This document shows positions 1-11,551 of a stretch of DNA of 24,000 nt, one piece after another (within the stretch, counting starts at the first letter, position 1; each line of letters opens with the position of its first letter). The DNA comes from an uncultured Microthrixaceae bacterium. Its GTDB lineage: Bacteria; Actinomycetota; Acidimicrobiia; Acidimicrobiales; MedAcidi-G1. The translations under genes and the position numbers were made by a program. Below the pieces are notes generated by a model. That model saw only the letters and a program-made list of their open reading frames with translations, searched no databases and had not been told where the DNA came from. Location of the stretch: positions 1-24,000 of the forward strand of contig CAXEUY010000003.1 in NCBI GenBank assembly GCA_963999645.1, given 5' to 3'.

Positions 1-150
1 GCTTCTGATGCTTCTGATGAAGAGGTGAGTTCGGAGGCTGATGATGCTTCTGATGTTTCTGATGAAGAGGTGAGTTCGGAGGCTGATGATGCTGATGATG
101 CTTCTGATGAAGAGGTGAGTTCGGAGGCTGATGATGCTTCTGAAGAAGAG
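1..150 (+). repeat. In-frame 45-bp tandem repeat, 3 near-identical copies plus a partial fourth (15-aa acidic unit)
   Basis: Units 1-45, 46-90 and 91-135 differ by 1-2 nt (gcttctgatgYttctgatgaagaggtgagttcggaggctgatgat). 136-150 starts a fourth copy. The array may continue upstream of the window. Confidence 0.9.
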
Positions 151-171
151 ACCGAAGAAAAGGAGGCCTAA
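1..171 (+). CDS. 3' end of an ORF entering from upstream (truncated by window edge); acidic Ser/Asp/Glu repeat tail; by position probably ribosomal protein uL10 (rplJ)
   Basis: Only frame 1 is open from nt 1 to TAA 169-171; frames 2 and 3 hit TGA within the first 30 nt. It translates to ASDASDEEVSSEADD ASDVSDEEVSSEADD ADDASDEEVSSEADD ASEEETEEKEA*. The stop abuts the rplL ATG (TAAATG) and the rplL Shine-Dalgarno AAGGAGG (160-166) lies in its last codons. The L10 identity rests on synteny only; no L10 core domain is inside the window. Confidence 0.6.
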   Translation, partial: ASDASDEEVSSEADDASDVSDEEVSSEADDADDASDEEVSSEADDASEEETEEKEA

Positions 172-555
172 ATGGCTACTAAAGAAGAAATCTTGGATGC
201 TATCGGTGCGATGAGCGTTCTTGAACTTAGCGAACTTTTAAAAGAGTTCGAAGAGAAATTCGATGTTACCGCTGCAGCTCCAGTTGCAGCAGTGGCAGCA
301 GCACCAGCTGCAGCTGCTGGTGGAGAAGGAGAAGCTGAGGAGAAAGACAGCTTTGATATCCACCTTGCAGATGCAGGCGATAAGAAAATTCAAGTAATTA
401 AAGAGGTTAGGACTCTGACCAATTTAGGTCTTAAAGATGCTAAAGATCTTGTTGACGGTGCACCGAGCACGATTATGGAAGGCGCTTCGAAAGAAGATGC
501 AGAGAAGGCAAAAGAAGCTCTTGAAGCAGCTGGTGCCACAATTGAGTTAAAGTAG
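172..555 (+). CDS. rplL: 50S ribosomal protein bL12 (L7/L12)
   Basis: 127 aa with an N-terminal helix [26 protein letters not shown] and an Ala/Pro hinge [16 protein letters not shown]. The C-terminal domain is [27 protein letters not shown]...[17 protein letters not shown] lies 5 nt upstream of the ATG. Confidence 0.97.
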   Translation: MATKEEILDAIGAMSVLELSELLKEFEEKFDVTAAAPVAAVAAAPAAAAGGEGEAEEKDSFDIHLADAGDKKIQVIKEVRTLTNLGLKDAKDLVDGAPSTIMEGASKEDAEKAKEALEAAGATIELK

Positions 556-797
556 CTCAGTTTTTTCCTAATAAATCAACATTTTGAGTTTTTAGTTTGA
601 TAAGACCTTAAAAAGTTACTTTTGAAAACAAAAAATTCATTAAAAGAATGCCCTTCTTGGGTTGTTCATAGGGGTGTACTTCCATTAGGATTTCACTTCG
701 CTGTGTTGCGTCAAATTTTCTTCATATTTTTATGGAGTAATTTTGTTTCAACACGGTTTGTCCGCATTTACTAGTACTATCTTCTGCCGGGAGTTTA

Positions 798-3700
798 TTG
801 TTGTCTGCTCGACCGTTACTTCGAGATCGATACTCATTTGGGAACCTTGAAAAGATTCTAGAGTTACCAGATTTAATAGCCGTTCAACATGATTCATTCA
901 ATTGGCTCATGGAATCGGGTTTAAAGGGTATTTTCTCAGATATAAGTCCTATAACCGATGTAAGTGAAACTCTTTCACTTGAATTGGAGTTTGATCCAAA
1001 AGACGAAGATCTTAGACCACCTCCAAAGTTCACAGTTGATGAGTGTAAAGAGAAGGATATGACCTATTCAGGTCCTATTTTTGTCCGTGCTCGTTTTTTG
1101 AATGCTCATACTGGTGAAATTAAAGAACAAACTGTTTTCTTAGGTGATTTTCCTCTTATGACAGAAAAAGGCACCTTTATCATCAATGGGACAGAGAGAG
1201 TGGTTGTTTCTCAGTTGGTCAGGTCGCCAGGCGTTATTTTTCAACCTGGAGAACGATACAGGTTAAGAAATCTTGCAAAACATCAGCTTGTGACTGCAAC
1301 GGTACATCCTTATCGAGGGGAATGGATTGAGTTTGATGTAGAACAAAAGCCTGGAAAAGATGTAACTGCCGGTTGTCGAGTTGCTAGAAAAAGACGTTTA
1401 TCTATGTTTACTCTCTTGAGAGCTTTGGGTTACGACGAGGATAATTTCCCAGGCTTTCTAGATCGGTTGGTAGATCACTTTGATTATCTCGAAGGTCAAT
1501 GGGAAAACGACCGCGAAAATAACGCTACAGAAGAAGAAGCTTTGTTGGAAATTTATCGCAGAGTGCATCCAGGCGAACCACCTTCTGTAGAGGCAGCTAG
1601 AGCCTATTTGCGTAATGCGTTTTTTGAATCACGTAGATATGACTTATCGCGAGTAGGGCGTTACAAGTTGAATCGCAAACTTGGTCCAGAGATTGAATGG
1701 ATTGAAAAAAATCTTGGTGTTGAGCTAGAAAGACCGACTCGTGATCAGACGGTATTGTCTAAAGCAGAAGTTTTGGCGACATGCACTTACCTTTTGCATC
1801 TAGCTGCTGGTGAACCTGGTTATCGTCTTGATGATCAAGATCATTTTGCAAACCGCAGGATTCGTTGTGTTGGTGAACTGATCCAAAACCAAGTGAGGAT
1901 AGGTCTTTCGCGCCTTGAACGTGTAGTTCGTGAGCGTATGACAACTCAGGATGTTGAAGCTATAACACCACAGTCACTTATTAACATCCGTCCAGTTGTC
2001 GCATCAATTAAAGAATTTTTTGGCACGAGTCAGTTGTCTCAATTTATGGATCAGGTAAACCCTCTTTCTGGTTTGACACATAGACGCCGTTTGTCAGCAT
2101 TAGGCCCTGGTGGTTTATCACGTGAAAGAGCTGGTTTTGAAGTTAGAGATGTTCACTTTTCTCACTATGGAAGAATGTGCCCAATTGAGACTCCTGAAGG
2201 TCCGAATATTGGTTTGATTGGTGGACTTGCAACTTATGGGCGAGTAAATGATTTCGGTTTCATTGAATCTCCCTATAGAAAAGTAGTAAATGGAAAAGTA
2301 ACTAATGAAATTATTCATTTAGATGCTGCTGAAGAGGAAGAGTATGTTGTAGCCCAAGCAAACGCTCCACTCAACCCAGATGGATCTTTTAGAAATGAGA
2401 GAGTGCTTGTACGACGTTCGCCTCAATCAGCCTCGTTGCAAGACCACAAGCAGCAATTAGAGCAAGATGTATTTTTTGGAGCAACAACAGAAATTTCATA
2501 TGTGCCGCCATCCGAAGTGCAGTTGATGGATGTTTCTGCTCAGCAGATTGTTTCAGTTGCTACTGCTTTAATACCGTTCGTGGAACATGATGATGCAAAC
2601 CGTGCTCTCATGGGAGCAAATATGCAACGTCAAGCGGTTCCACTAATACGCGCTGAATCACCTTTCATAGGTACTGGAATGGAAGCTCCAGCAGCACATG
2701 ACGCGGCAGACATGCTTTTAGCTGAAGAAGCTGGCACAGTGCTGGAAGTTGATGCAAAGTCAATTGTTGTTGAATATCGCAAGTCTGGAATCACGACACA
2801 CGACTTAGTTAAATTCGAAAGATCTAATCAAGACACTTGTGTAAACCAGCAAGCAAGAGTTGTTCCAGGTCAAAAATTTCGCGCTGGTGAACTATTAGCT
2901 GATGGTTCCTCTACTGATAGTGGAGAGCTAGCTTTAGGAAAAAATCTTCTAGTTGCCTATATGTCTTGGGAAGGCTTCAACTATGAAGATGCCATCATTG
3001 TTTCAGAGCGTCTAGTAAAAGATGATGTTCTAACGTCTATACACATACATGAGCATGAAATAGATGCTCGTGATACAAAACTTGGTGCGGAAGAGATAAC
3101 TAGGGATATTCCTAATCTTTCTGATGAAATTTTGGCAGATTTGGATGACAGAGGAATAATTCGAATTGGTGCTGAAGTATCACCTGGGGATGTTCTAGTA
3201 GGAAAAGTCACTCCTAAGGGTGAAACAGAATTAACACCTGAAGAGAGACTACTAAGAGCAATTTTTGGTGAGAAAGCCCGCGAGGTTAGAGACACTTCCC
3301 TTAAATTGCCTCATGGCGAATCAGGTAAAGTCATCGATGTCAAAGTTTTCGACCGGGAAGCTGGCGATGAGTTACCACCGGGTGTGAATCAGTTAGTAAG
3401 AGTTCACGTTGCACAAAAACGAAAGATTAGTGTCGGAGACAAATTAGCTGGAAGACATGGAAATAAAGGTGTCATTTCAAAGATTCTTCCCGTAGAAGAC
3501 ATGCCGTACATGAAAGATGGAACACCTGTCGATATTATTCTCAATCCATTAGGTGTTCCTTCAAGAATGAATGTAGGACAGGTTCTTGAAACACATTTGG
3601 GTTATTGCGCCCGATGGGGATGGGAAATTGATGGTACAGGTGTGGGTGATCCTGTCGATCGAAATTCAGAATCTAAGAAAACAAGAACAAGTACTAAACC

Positions 3701-4397
3701 TTCGGTTCATGTGGCAACACCGGTTTTTGACGGTGCTAGTTGGGATGACGAAGGACCTAATAGTGAACATCCAAGTATTCAGAAAATTCTTCAAAATCTC
3801 CGGCCAGATTCAGCTGAAGGTGAAAGACTTATTGGAGAAGATGGCAAGGTTGTTCTCTATAACGGTCGGACAGGTGAGGCCTATGACGAGCCAATTGGAA
3901 TTGGTTACGTTTATATTTTGAAACTTGCACATTTAGTTGATGATAAAATCCATGCAAGATCAACCGGGCCGTATTCCATGATTACCCAACAACCTTTGGG
4001 TGGTAAAGCTCAATTCGGTGGCCAGAGATTCGGAGAAATGGAAGTTTGGGCATTAGAAGCATACGGTGCGTCTTACTGCCTTCAGGAGCTTTTGACAATT
4101 AAATCTGACGATGTGCTTGGTCGGGTAAGAGTGTATGAGGCAATTGTTAAGGGGGATAATATCCCTGAACCAGGTATACCGGAGAGTTTCAAAGTTTTGA
4201 TTAAAGAGATGCAGTCTTTGTGTCTAAATGTTGAAGTTTTGGATAATGATGGCAAAGAAGTCGAGATTAGAGAGATGGATGAAGATGTCTATAGGACAAC
4301 TGAGGCTCTCGGAATAGACCTTTCTCGTCCGGAGAGAGGATCTGATGAAGAAGATGCAGCTCGAGAAGCTGCACGTGCGGTAAGAGCATTTTCGTAG
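798..4397 (+). CDS. rpoB: DNA-directed RNA polymerase subunit beta
   Basis: 1199 aa. Contains the rifampicin-region motif [45 protein letters not shown], plus [25 protein letters not shown] and [18 protein letters not shown]. Start is TTG at 798 or 801, with GGGAG at 789-793; the exact start is uncertain by one codon. Confidence 0.97.
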   Translation: MLSARPLLRDRYSFGNLEKILELPDLIAVQHDSFNWLMESGLKGIFSDISPITDVSETLSLELEFDPKDEDLRPPPKFTVDECKEKDMTYSGPIFVRARFLNAHTGEIKEQTVFLGDFPLMTEKGTFIINGTERVVVSQLVRSPGVIFQPGERYRLRNLAKHQLVTATVHPYRGEWIEFDVEQKPGKDVTAGCRVARKRRLSMFTLLRALGYDEDNFPGFLDRLVDHFDYLEGQWENDRENNATEEEALLEIYRRVHPGEPPSVEAARAYLRNAFFESRRYDLSRVGRYKLNRKLGPEIEWIEKNLGVELERPTRDQTVLSKAEVLATCTYLLHLAAGEPGYRLDDQDHFANRRIRCVGELIQNQVRIGLSRLERVVRERMTTQDVEAITPQSLINIRPVVASIKEFFGTSQLSQFMDQVNPLSGLTHRRRLSALGPGGLSRERAGFEVRDVHFSHYGRMCPIETPEGPNIGLIGGLATYGRVNDFGFIESPYRKVVNGKVTNEIIHLDAAEEEEYVVAQANAPLNPDGSFRNERVLVRRSPQSASLQDHKQQLEQDVFFGATTEISYVPPSEVQLMDVSAQQIVSVATALIPFVEHDDANRALMGANMQRQAVPLIRAESPFIGTGMEAPAAHDAADMLLAEEAGTVLEVDAKSIVVEYRKSGITTHDLVKFERSNQDTCVNQQARVVPGQKFRAGELLADGSSTDSGELALGKNLLVAYMSWEGFNYEDAIIVSERLVKDDVLTSIHIHEHEIDARDTKLGAEEITRDIPNLSDEILADLDDRGIIRIGAEVSPGDVLVGKVTPKGETELTPEERLLRAIFGEKAREVRDTSLKLPHGESGKVIDVKVFDREAGDELPPGVNQLVRVHVAQKRKISVGDKLAGRHGNKGVISKILPVEDMPYMKDGTPVDIILNPLGVPSRMNVGQVLETHLGYCARWGWEIDGTGVGDPVDRNSESKKTRTSTKPSVHVATPVFDGASWDDEGPNSEHPSIQKILQNLRPDSAEGERLIGEDGKVVLYNGRTGEAYDEPIGIGYVYILKLAHLVDDKIHARSTGPYSMITQQPLGGKAQFGGQRFGEMEVWALEAYGASYCLQELLTIKSDDVLGRVRVYEAIVKGDNIPEPGIPESFKVLIKEMQSLCLNVEVLDNDGKEVEIREMDEDVYRTTEALGIDLSRPERGSDEEDAAREAARAVRAFS

Positions 4398-4439
4398 TAA
4401 GAGAAATTTGGTAGTAGGGAAACAATAAGGAAATAAAGA

Positions 4440-7400
4440 GTGATAGACGTCAACGAGTTTTCAAATATTAGAATTGGTTTGGCTACCGCTGATGACATTC
4501 GTATGTGGTCAAACGGTGAAGTAAAAAAACCTGAAACCATTAACTACCGAACACTTAAACCGGAAAAAGATGGCCTTTTTTGTGAAAAGATTTTTGGTCC
4601 TACTAAAGACTGGGAATGCTATTGCGGTAAATATAAAAGAGTTCGATTCAAGGGAATCATTTGTGAACGTTGTGGCGTAGAGGTAACTAGGTCAAAAGTT
4701 AGACGTGAGCGTATGGGCCATATTGAATTGGCTGCACCTGCAGTTCATATCTGGTATCTACGTGGAACACGTTCATGGTTGGCTTATTTACTAACTGGGA
4801 ATGAACCCAAAGAGGAATTAAAAGCAAAGCAGCTAGAAAAGGTAATTTATTTTGCAGCAAATCTAGTTGTAACTGTTGATGAGGAAGGAAGACACGAGGA
4901 TCTTCCAGAACTTGAGAAAGAACTTTCAGAAGAGCGTACTGCTATTGAAGAAGAACGTGATCGAGAGCTTGATCGACGCAAAGAAGATCTTGAAGCTGAG
5001 CTAGCTGAAATGGAGAACGAGGGTCTTAAAGATAATGATTTAAAGGCACGTCAGAAAGCTGCAGAAAAAGACATGCAGTTCATACGTGAACAATATGAGC
5101 AGGAACTAGACGTTCTAGATAGAGCTTGGGAAGAATTCAAAGGTCTTTTCCCGCGGCAAATAATTGAAGATGAGATTCTTTGGCGTGAATTAGAAGACCG
5201 CTGGGGAGAGTACTTTGAAGGCGGTATGGGTGCTGATGCTTTATCGCAATTAATTGATTGCATTGACTTTGATGAAGAAGAAATAACTTTGCGTGGAATG
5301 ATTGATCCTCCAAAGGGGCAAAAACCACTTTCAACACAAAGAAGACAGAAGGCAATCAAGAGACTTAAAATTGTCGCCTCATTCAACCGGCGCGATGAGC
5401 ACGGGCGTCGTGTTAATGAACCTCGGGCCATGATTCTTGATGCTGTTCCTGTTATACCTCCTGACCTTCGACCAATGGTTCAGTTAGATGGTGGACGTTT
5501 TGCTACCTCTGATTTGAATGATTTATACCGGAGAGTAATCAATCGAAACAATCGTTTAAAGCGCCTATTAGATCTTGGAGCGCCTCGAATAATTGTTAAC
5601 AATGAAAAGCGTATGTTGCAAGAAGCTGTTGACGCACTCTTTGACAACGGCAGGAGAGGGAGACCGGTAACAGGCCCAGGTAATAGACCTTTGAAATCTC
5701 TCTCCGACATGTTGAAAGGTAAACAAGGAAGATTTAGACAGAATCTTCTAGGTAAACGAGTTGATTATTCTGGCAGGTCAGTAATTGTTGCTGGTCCTAC
5801 TCTTAAATTTCATCAATGCGGCCTTCCTAAATTGATGGCTCTTGAGTTATTTAAACCTTTTGTGATGAAGCGTTTAGTAGATGGAGAACTTGCTCAAAAT
5901 ATCAAATCTGCAAAAAGAATGGTTGAAAGACGCAAGCCACAGGTTTGGGATGTTCTGGAAGAGGTTATTCAGGAGCACCCTGTCCTCTTAAACAGGGCTC
6001 CAACACTTCACCGTTTAGGAATTCAGGCATTCGAGCCTGTTTTGGTTGAAGGTAAAGCTATTCGAATACACCCTCTAGTCTGTACTGCTTTTAATGCTGA
6101 TTTCGACGGTGATCAGATGGCCGTTCACTTGCCTTTGTCAGCAGAAGCACAAGCAGAGGCTAGGGTTCTAATGCTTTCTGCAAACAATGTACTTAGTCCA
6201 GCCCACGGTAGGCCTTTGGTTACTCCAACTCAAGACATGATCATAGGTGGCTACTACATGACTAGTGAAGTAGAGGGGGCAAAGGGTGAAGGTAGGACTT
6301 TCCGAAGAATTCATGAAATTGAACAAGCTTTGGACAGCGGGTCTTTGCATTTGCATGCATTAATTGAGTTCAGATCTGATAATTACCCAGATTTGGCTCT
6401 TGAATCAGAAAATGGTGATGGACTTGTTTGGGAGAGGACTACTGCTGGACGAGTTCTATTCAATGAGGCCCTTCCTGCTGGTTTTGGTTATGTCAATTAC
6501 CAAGTAGATAAGAAAGCTATGGGGTCAATTGTTGACGATTTAGCACGTCATTATCCAAAGAAAGTTGTTTCAAACAGTCTCGATAGTTTGAAAGACAAGT
6601 GTTTCCGTTTTGCATCACAGTCAGGTATTACGGTCTCAATTGAAGATGTAAAAACTCCTTCTGATAAGCAGGCGATTTTAGATAAGTATGAAAAAGATGC
6701 TGAAAAAGTTGAAAATCAGTTCCGTAGAGGAATTATTACAGATGGTGAGAGAAGGCAGAAAGAAATCGAGATTTGGAATGCGGCAACTGCTGAAATAACA
6801 GAAAGAATGGCTGAAGTTCTCCAAGACGACCAATTTAACCCCATCGACATGATGATGAAATCTGGTGCCCGTGGAAACATGATGCAGGTTAGACAAATAG
6901 CGGGTATGCGCGGCCTTGTAGCCAATCCAAGAGGAGATTTAATTCCAAGACCAATCAAATCAAATTTCCGAGAAGGTCTAGCTATGTTGGAATACTTTAT
7001 TGCGACTCCAGGAGCTAGAAAAGGTCTTGTCGATACTGCACTAAGAACAGCTGATTCAGGATATTTGACGAGAAGATTGGTTGATGTTTGTCAAGAGCTG
7101 ATTATTAATGACGAAGACGTTTTTGATAGTGGAAAGCCATTGCGTTCAGTCTGGGTTGAAAATATCCGAGAGGATGAACCAGGTTTCCGTTCTCATATAG
7201 AAACTAAATTATTTAGTAGAACACTTGCAGAAGATGTTGAACTTTCTGATGGGACTGTGTATGAAAAGGGAACAATTGTAGGCGAAGAAGAAATGATCGC
7301 TTTGCGTGATGACCCAGCAGTTGAGCGAGTTAGAGTTCTATCGCCTTTAACTGATGATTCAGATCAGGGCGTTTCGGGAGCCTGTTATGGCATGTCTCTA

Positions 7401-8429
7401 GCAACAGGCAAACCCATAGAAATCGGTGAGGCAGTAGGTGTTATAGCTGCTCAGTCAATTGGTGAGCCAGGTACGCAGTTGACAATGAGAACTTTCCATA
7501 CAGGTGGTGTTGCTGCTGCTGGAAGAGACATAGCAGCAGGTCTGCCTCGTGTAGTTGAGTTATTTGAAGCCCGTACCCCTAAAGGTAAGGCAACCTTGTC
7601 GAGAATCTCTGGAATAATTCGAATAGGAGAGGACGAAGGGAAAGGTCGTGAGGTCACAGTAGTAGCTGATGATGGTACTGAAGAAACTCATTTGATTCCC
7701 GGTATTTCACGTTTGGAATTTAAAGATGGAGATGAAATTTTTGCTGGTGATGCAATAGTTGAAGGTCCAAGAGATCCGAAAGAACTTCTTGAGATCAAAG
7801 GAGTTAGAGAAACTCAACAGTATTTGGTAGATGAAGTTCAAAAAGTTTACCGAGATCAGGGTGTTTCAATTCATGACAAGCATATTGAATTAGTTGTAAG
7901 GCAGATGACTCGACGAGTAAGAATCAGTGATCCAGGAGATTCAGAGTTTCTTCCAGGAGAACAGGTCGATTCGCCTATTTTTGCTGCGACTAATAGGAGT
8001 TTAGTTGAAGAGGGAAAAAAGCCAGCTGAAGGTAGACCTGAACTAATGGGTATCACAAAGGCTTCACTTGCTACTGATTCTTGGCTCTCAGCGGCGTCTT
8101 TCCAAGAGACAACTCGTGTTTTAACAGAAGCTGCGATCGAGAGTAGACGTGACAAGCTTGTGGGATTGAAGGAAAATATAATAATCGGCAAGTTGATTCC
8201 TGCTGGAACTGGACGTCAAGAGTACAGACGAGTTGGCACACACGCTCCTGAATATAAGCCAATGGATTTTTATTCTTCAGATGATGAAGAAAAAGATTTA
8301 GCTGAGTGGCTAGCAAATCAGGCAGATAGTGGTGATGATACTGAAAATGGTTTTGCCGGTGCTTATGAAGCGGATGTAATAGATTTGGCTAATGGTGCTA
8401 TTGAAGAAGCCATTGAAGAAATTGAATGA
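4440..8429 (+). CDS. rpoC: DNA-directed RNA polymerase subunit beta-prime
   Basis: 1329 aa with a GTG start and AAGGA 8 nt upstream. Contains the Zn-binding [21 protein letters not shown], the catalytic [12 protein letters not shown], and [27 protein letters not shown]. The N-terminus is near-identical to mycobacterial RpoC as I recall it. Confidence 0.98.
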   Translation: MIDVNEFSNIRIGLATADDIRMWSNGEVKKPETINYRTLKPEKDGLFCEKIFGPTKDWECYCGKYKRVRFKGIICERCGVEVTRSKVRRERMGHIELAAPAVHIWYLRGTRSWLAYLLTGNEPKEELKAKQLEKVIYFAANLVVTVDEEGRHEDLPELEKELSEERTAIEEERDRELDRRKEDLEAELAEMENEGLKDNDLKARQKAAEKDMQFIREQYEQELDVLDRAWEEFKGLFPRQIIEDEILWRELEDRWGEYFEGGMGADALSQLIDCIDFDEEEITLRGMIDPPKGQKPLSTQRRQKAIKRLKIVASFNRRDEHGRRVNEPRAMILDAVPVIPPDLRPMVQLDGGRFATSDLNDLYRRVINRNNRLKRLLDLGAPRIIVNNEKRMLQEAVDALFDNGRRGRPVTGPGNRPLKSLSDMLKGKQGRFRQNLLGKRVDYSGRSVIVAGPTLKFHQCGLPKLMALELFKPFVMKRLVDGELAQNIKSAKRMVERRKPQVWDVLEEVIQEHPVLLNRAPTLHRLGIQAFEPVLVEGKAIRIHPLVCTAFNADFDGDQMAVHLPLSAEAQAEARVLMLSANNVLSPAHGRPLVTPTQDMIIGGYYMTSEVEGAKGEGRTFRRIHEIEQALDSGSLHLHALIEFRSDNYPDLALESENGDGLVWERTTAGRVLFNEALPAGFGYVNYQVDKKAMGSIVDDLARHYPKKVVSNSLDSLKDKCFRFASQSGITVSIEDVKTPSDKQAILDKYEKDAEKVENQFRRGIITDGERRQKEIEIWNAATAEITERMAEVLQDDQFNPIDMMMKSGARGNMMQVRQIAGMRGLVANPRGDLIPRPIKSNFREGLAMLEYFIATPGARKGLVDTALRTADSGYLTRRLVDVCQELIINDEDVFDSGKPLRSVWVENIREDEPGFRSHIETKLFSRTLAEDVELSDGTVYEKGTIVGEEEMIALRDDPAVERVRVLSPLTDDSDQGVSGACYGMSLATGKPIEIGEAVGVIAAQSIGEPGTQLTMRTFHTGGVAAAGRDIAAGLPRVVELFEARTPKGKATLSRISGIIRIGEDEGKGREVTVVADDGTEETHLIPGISRLEFKDGDEIFAGDAIVEGPRDPKELLEIKGVRETQQYLVDEVQKVYRDQGVSIHDKHIELVVRQMTRRVRISDPGDSEFLPGEQVDSPIFAATNRSLVEEGKKPAEGRPELMGITKASLATDSWLSAASFQETTRVLTEAAIESRRDKLVGLKENIIIGKLIPAGTGRQEYRRVGTHAPEYKPMDFYSSDDEEKDLAEWLANQADSGDDTENGFAGAYEADVIDLANGAIEEAIEEIE

Positions 8430-8446
8430 GATACTTAGATTTCTTA

Positions 8447-8475
8447 TTGTGACCTGACGATGCCTAGCGTAGACT
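8447..8475 (+). promoter_or_regulatory. Candidate housekeeping-sigma promoter for rpsL-rpsG-fusA-tuf-rpsJ (TTGTGA-17 nt-TAGACT)
   Basis: TTGTGA is at 8447-8452 and TAGACT (fits TANNNT) at 8470-8475, with a 17-nt spacer, 65 nt upstream of the rpsL GTG. This is a hexamer match only, in AT-rich DNA. Confidence 0.3.
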
Positions 8476-8540
8476 CAATATTTCGTGTCGTAGTTAAATC
8501 TGCGCATTTCAATTCTAATAGGCAAGGTTTGAGGTAAGTC

Positions 8541-8912
8541 GTGCCCACAATTCAACAACTGGTTCGTAAAGGACGTCAATCGAAGCGCAGGAAAGAAGCC
8601 ACTCCTGCTTTGAAGGGCGCTCCTCAAAGACGTGGTGTTTGCACCAGGGTTTTCACGACAACTCCAAAAAAACCAAATTCAGCTCTTAGAAAAGTTGCAA
8701 GGGTCCGTTTAACAAGTGGAATGGAAGTAACTGCTTACATACCTGGCGAAGGGCATAATTTACAGGAACATTCAATTGTTCTATTAAGAGGCGGTCGTGT
8801 GAAAGATCTGCCCGGTGTTCGTTACAAGATAGTAAGAGGCACGCTCGATACTTCTGGGGTTTCTGAAAGAAGTCAGTCTCGGAGCCGTTATGGCGCGAAG
8901 AAAGACAACTGA
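8541..8912 (+). CDS. rpsL: 30S ribosomal protein uS12
   Basis: 123 aa with a GTG start and GAGGT upstream. Contains [19 protein letters not shown] and [18 protein letters not shown]; both streptomycin-site lysines are present. Confidence 0.98.
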   Translation: MPTIQQLVRKGRQSKRRKEATPALKGAPQRRGVCTRVFTTTPKKPNSALRKVARVRLTSGMEVTAYIPGEGHNLQEHSIVLLRGGRVKDLPGVRYKIVRGTLDTSGVSERSQSRSRYGAKKDN

Positions 8913-8914
8913 TT

Positions 8915-9385
8915 ATGCCTAGAAAAGGACCAGCTGTTAGAAGAAGTCTTACACCAGACCCCGTGTACCGTTCTAGTGCAGTTACTCAGTTAGTAAATAA
9001 GGTCTTAAAACATGGTAAACGCTCTACTGCAGAGCAAATTGTCTATGGAGCTTTGAAAGTGGTGGAGACAAAGACAGGAAGTGAACCAGTAGGTGTTCTT
9101 AAAGACGCTTTGGAAAATATAAGACCACAACTGGAAGTACGAAGCCGCCGTGTTGGAGGAGCAACTTATCAAGTTCCTGTCGAAGTGAAGCCCCGTCGAG
9201 CGACCACATTAGCTGTCAGATGGCTAGTGGATTATGCACGAGAAAGACGAGAAAGGTCCATGTCTGAGCGTCTAGCTAATGAGATAATGGATGCTGCGAA
9301 TGGAATTGGTTCGTCAGTAAAGCGTCGTGAGGATTTACACAAAATGGCTGAAGCTAATAAAGCATTTGCGCATTATCGCTGGTAA
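8915..9385 (+). CDS. rpsG: 30S ribosomal protein uS7
   Basis: 156 aa: [10 protein letters not shown]...[11 protein letters not shown]...[10 protein letters not shown]. It starts 2 nt after the rpsL stop. Confidence 0.98.
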   Translation: MPRKGPAVRRSLTPDPVYRSSAVTQLVNKVLKHGKRSTAEQIVYGALKVVETKTGSEPVGVLKDALENIRPQLEVRSRRVGGATYQVPVEVKPRRATTLAVRWLVDYARERRERSMSERLANEIMDAANGIGSSVKRREDLHKMAEANKAFAHYRW

Positions 9386-9402
9386 AAAATTCAGGAAAAC
9401 TT

Positions 9403-11496
9403 ATGGCTAATCGACACCCTCTTGAAAAAACTCGCAATATCGGGATTATGGCCCATATCGATGCGGGAAAAACTACAACTACTGAAAGAATTTTGTATTA
9501 CACAGGAGTGAATTACAAAATCGGTGAAGTTCATGAAGGCACAGCGACTATGGACTGGATGGAACAAGAGCAAGAGCGAGGTATTACCATCACTTCGGCA
9601 GCGACAAGTTGTTTTTGGAGTGATCACAGAATAAACATTATTGACACACCAGGACACGTTGATTTCACGGTTGAAGTAGAGCGTTCTTTAAGAGTTTTGG
9701 ATGGTGCTATTGCAGTTTTTGACGGAGTTGCTGGAGTAGAACCACAAACTGAAACAGTTTGGCGTCAAGCTGATCGTCACAATGTTCCAAGAATGTGTTT
9801 TATTAACAAAATGGACAGAACTGGAGCTGATTTTTTCTTCTGTCTTGGAACTATAAAAGAGCGTCTTGGATGTAAAGCTGCTGTAATTCAATTGCCTATA
9901 GGCGCAGAAGCTGATTTTGCCGGTGTGATTGATTTGGTGACTATGAAAGCTTTGGTTTGGGAAGGTGAAGATCTAGGCGCTTCATGGAATGAAGTAGAAA
10001 TACCAGATGATCTTAAATCTCAGGCTGATGAATATAGAGCAGAACTTGTGGATCTTTTAGCAGAGTTTGATGAAACAATTCTTGAAAAATTTGTTGGTGA
10101 AGAAGAAATCACTGTTGATGACATGAAAAAAGCGATCCGGCAGGGAACTCTTTCTGGAGATTGTGTGCCAATTTTAACTGGTACAGCTTTCAAGAATAAA
10201 GGTGTACAACCACTTCTAGATGCTGTTGTCGAGTACTTGCCTTCACCACTTGATCTTCCACCTGTCGAAGGTGTTGAGCCAAGGAGTGAGGAAGTTGCCA
10301 AACGTGCAGTAAGTGATGATGAACCATTTGCAGCTCTTGCATTTAAGATTATGACGGATCCACATGTTGGAAAATTAACTTATTTCCGTGTCTATAGCGG
10401 CACTTTGGAAAAAGGTGCAACGGTTTTGAATACGCGTTCAAGTTCGAAAGAGCGGATTGGACGCATCTTAGAAATGCATGCGAATGACCGAGAAGATCTC
10501 GATATTGTCAGAACCGGTGACATTGTTGCTGGGGTAGGCATCAAAGATACGAAAACTGGAGACACGCTTTGCTCACCCGATCATCCTTTAGTGCTAGAGC
10601 AACTCGATTTTCCAGATCCAGTAATTCATGTTGCGGTTGAACCCCGTTCTAAGGCAGATCAGGACAAAATGGGTAAGGCTCTTGGAGCTCTTTCCGACGA
10701 AGACCCCACTTTTACAGTTAGAAGTGATGATGAAACGGGTCAGACGATTATTGGTGGCATGGGTGAGCTGCATCTTGAAGTTTTAGTTGATCGTATGTTG
10801 CGTGAATTCCGTGTTGATGCCAATGTGGGTAAACCACAAGTCGCCTATCGAGAAACGATTACCAAGACTGTAGAAAATTATCGATATACCCATAAAAAAC
10901 AAACTGGTGGGTCAGGGCAGTTTGCTGAGATAGTAGCTACCGTAGAACCTTTGACAGATACAGATAGTGAGAAAACTTACGATTTCGAGGACAAAGTAAC
11001 AGGTGGGCGAATCCCGAAAGAGTATATTCCTGCTGTTGATGCTGGTATTCAGTCTGCAATGACTTCGGGAGTTTTAGCAGGTTTTCAGGTCTTAGGGATG
11101 AAAGTAACTCTTAATGATGGAAAGCATCATGATGTTGATTCATCTGAGATGGCATTTAAAATCGCGGCGCAATCTTGGTTTAGAGAAGTAATAAAACAAG
11201 CTAAACCAGTCCTTTTAGAGCCAATTTTTGCTGTAGAAGTAGTAACTCCTGAAGACTATATGGGAGATGTTGTAGGTGATTTAAATTCCAGAAGAGGCAA
11301 AGTCGGACAAATGGAAGCAAGAGGAAATAATCAAGTTGTTACTGCACAGGTGCCACTATCTGAGATGTTCGGCTATGCTACAGACTTGCGTTCACGTACT
11401 CAAGGGCGTGCAACGTATACAATGCAGTTCGATTCGTATCAACAAACTCCTTCTTCAGTTCAGGAAGAGATTGTCACTCGAATCCGCGGTGAATAA
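9403..11496 (+). CDS. fusA: Elongation factor G
   Basis: 697 aa with GTPase motifs [23 protein letters not shown] and NKMDR, and canonical position after rpsG. Confidence 0.98.
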   Translation: MANRHPLEKTRNIGIMAHIDAGKTTTTERILYYTGVNYKIGEVHEGTATMDWMEQEQERGITITSAATSCFWSDHRINIIDTPGHVDFTVEVERSLRVLDGAIAVFDGVAGVEPQTETVWRQADRHNVPRMCFINKMDRTGADFFFCLGTIKERLGCKAAVIQLPIGAEADFAGVIDLVTMKALVWEGEDLGASWNEVEIPDDLKSQADEYRAELVDLLAEFDETILEKFVGEEEITVDDMKKAIRQGTLSGDCVPILTGTAFKNKGVQPLLDAVVEYLPSPLDLPPVEGVEPRSEEVAKRAVSDDEPFAALAFKIMTDPHVGKLTYFRVYSGTLEKGATVLNTRSSSKERIGRILEMHANDREDLDIVRTGDIVAGVGIKDTKTGDTLCSPDHPLVLEQLDFPDPVIHVAVEPRSKADQDKMGKALGALSDEDPTFTVRSDDETGQTIIGGMGELHLEVLVDRMLREFRVDANVGKPQVAYRETITKTVENYRYTHKKQTGGSGQFAEIVATVEPLTDTDSEKTYDFEDKVTGGRIPKEYIPAVDAGIQSAMTSGVLAGFQVLGMKVTLNDGKHHDVDSSEMAFKIAAQSWFREVIKQAKPVLLEPIFAVEVVTPEDYMGDVVGDLNSRRGKVGQMEARGNNQVVTAQVPLSEMFGYATDLRSRTQGRATYTMQFDSYQQTPSSVQEEIVTRIRGE

Positions 11497-11551
11497 ACTT
11501 AAACTTACTGAGAAGGTAAAATAAAACAATAGAGAAACTCGAGGGAGAGTC

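Noticed and set aside
1-150. Regular 45-bp repeats as a possible CRISPR array
   Set aside because: The units are contiguous with no spacers, in-frame and inside an open reading frame. This is a coding tandem repeat, not CRISPR.
556-797. 242-nt AT-rich rplL-rpoB spacer: T6 run at 561-566, imperfect inverted repeat GTGTTG(703-708)/CAACAC(749-754), and promoter-like TTGTTC-18 nt-TAGGAT (662-691)
   Set aside because: The T-run has no preceding GC-rich stem (only TGAG/CTCA, 4 bp). The inverted repeat is imperfect, has a 26-nt loop and lacks a U-tract. The hexamers are weak matches in AT-rich DNA. An attenuator or internal rpoB promoter is plausible by analogy with other bacteria, but the sequence alone does not support a call.
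2981-3295. Ser-rich 104-aa antisense ORF in rpoB. Similar antisense or alternate-frame ORFs lie at 1759-1944, 2118-2318, 3586-3921, 5051-5431, 6678-6958, 7451-7657, 7871-8316, 10020-10301, 12139-12381 and 15325-15519.
   Set aside because: All are nested within well-conserved genes in other frames or on the other strand. They are compositionally biased as expected for shadows of GAA/GAT-rich coding sequence, and none has an SD or a recognisable motif.
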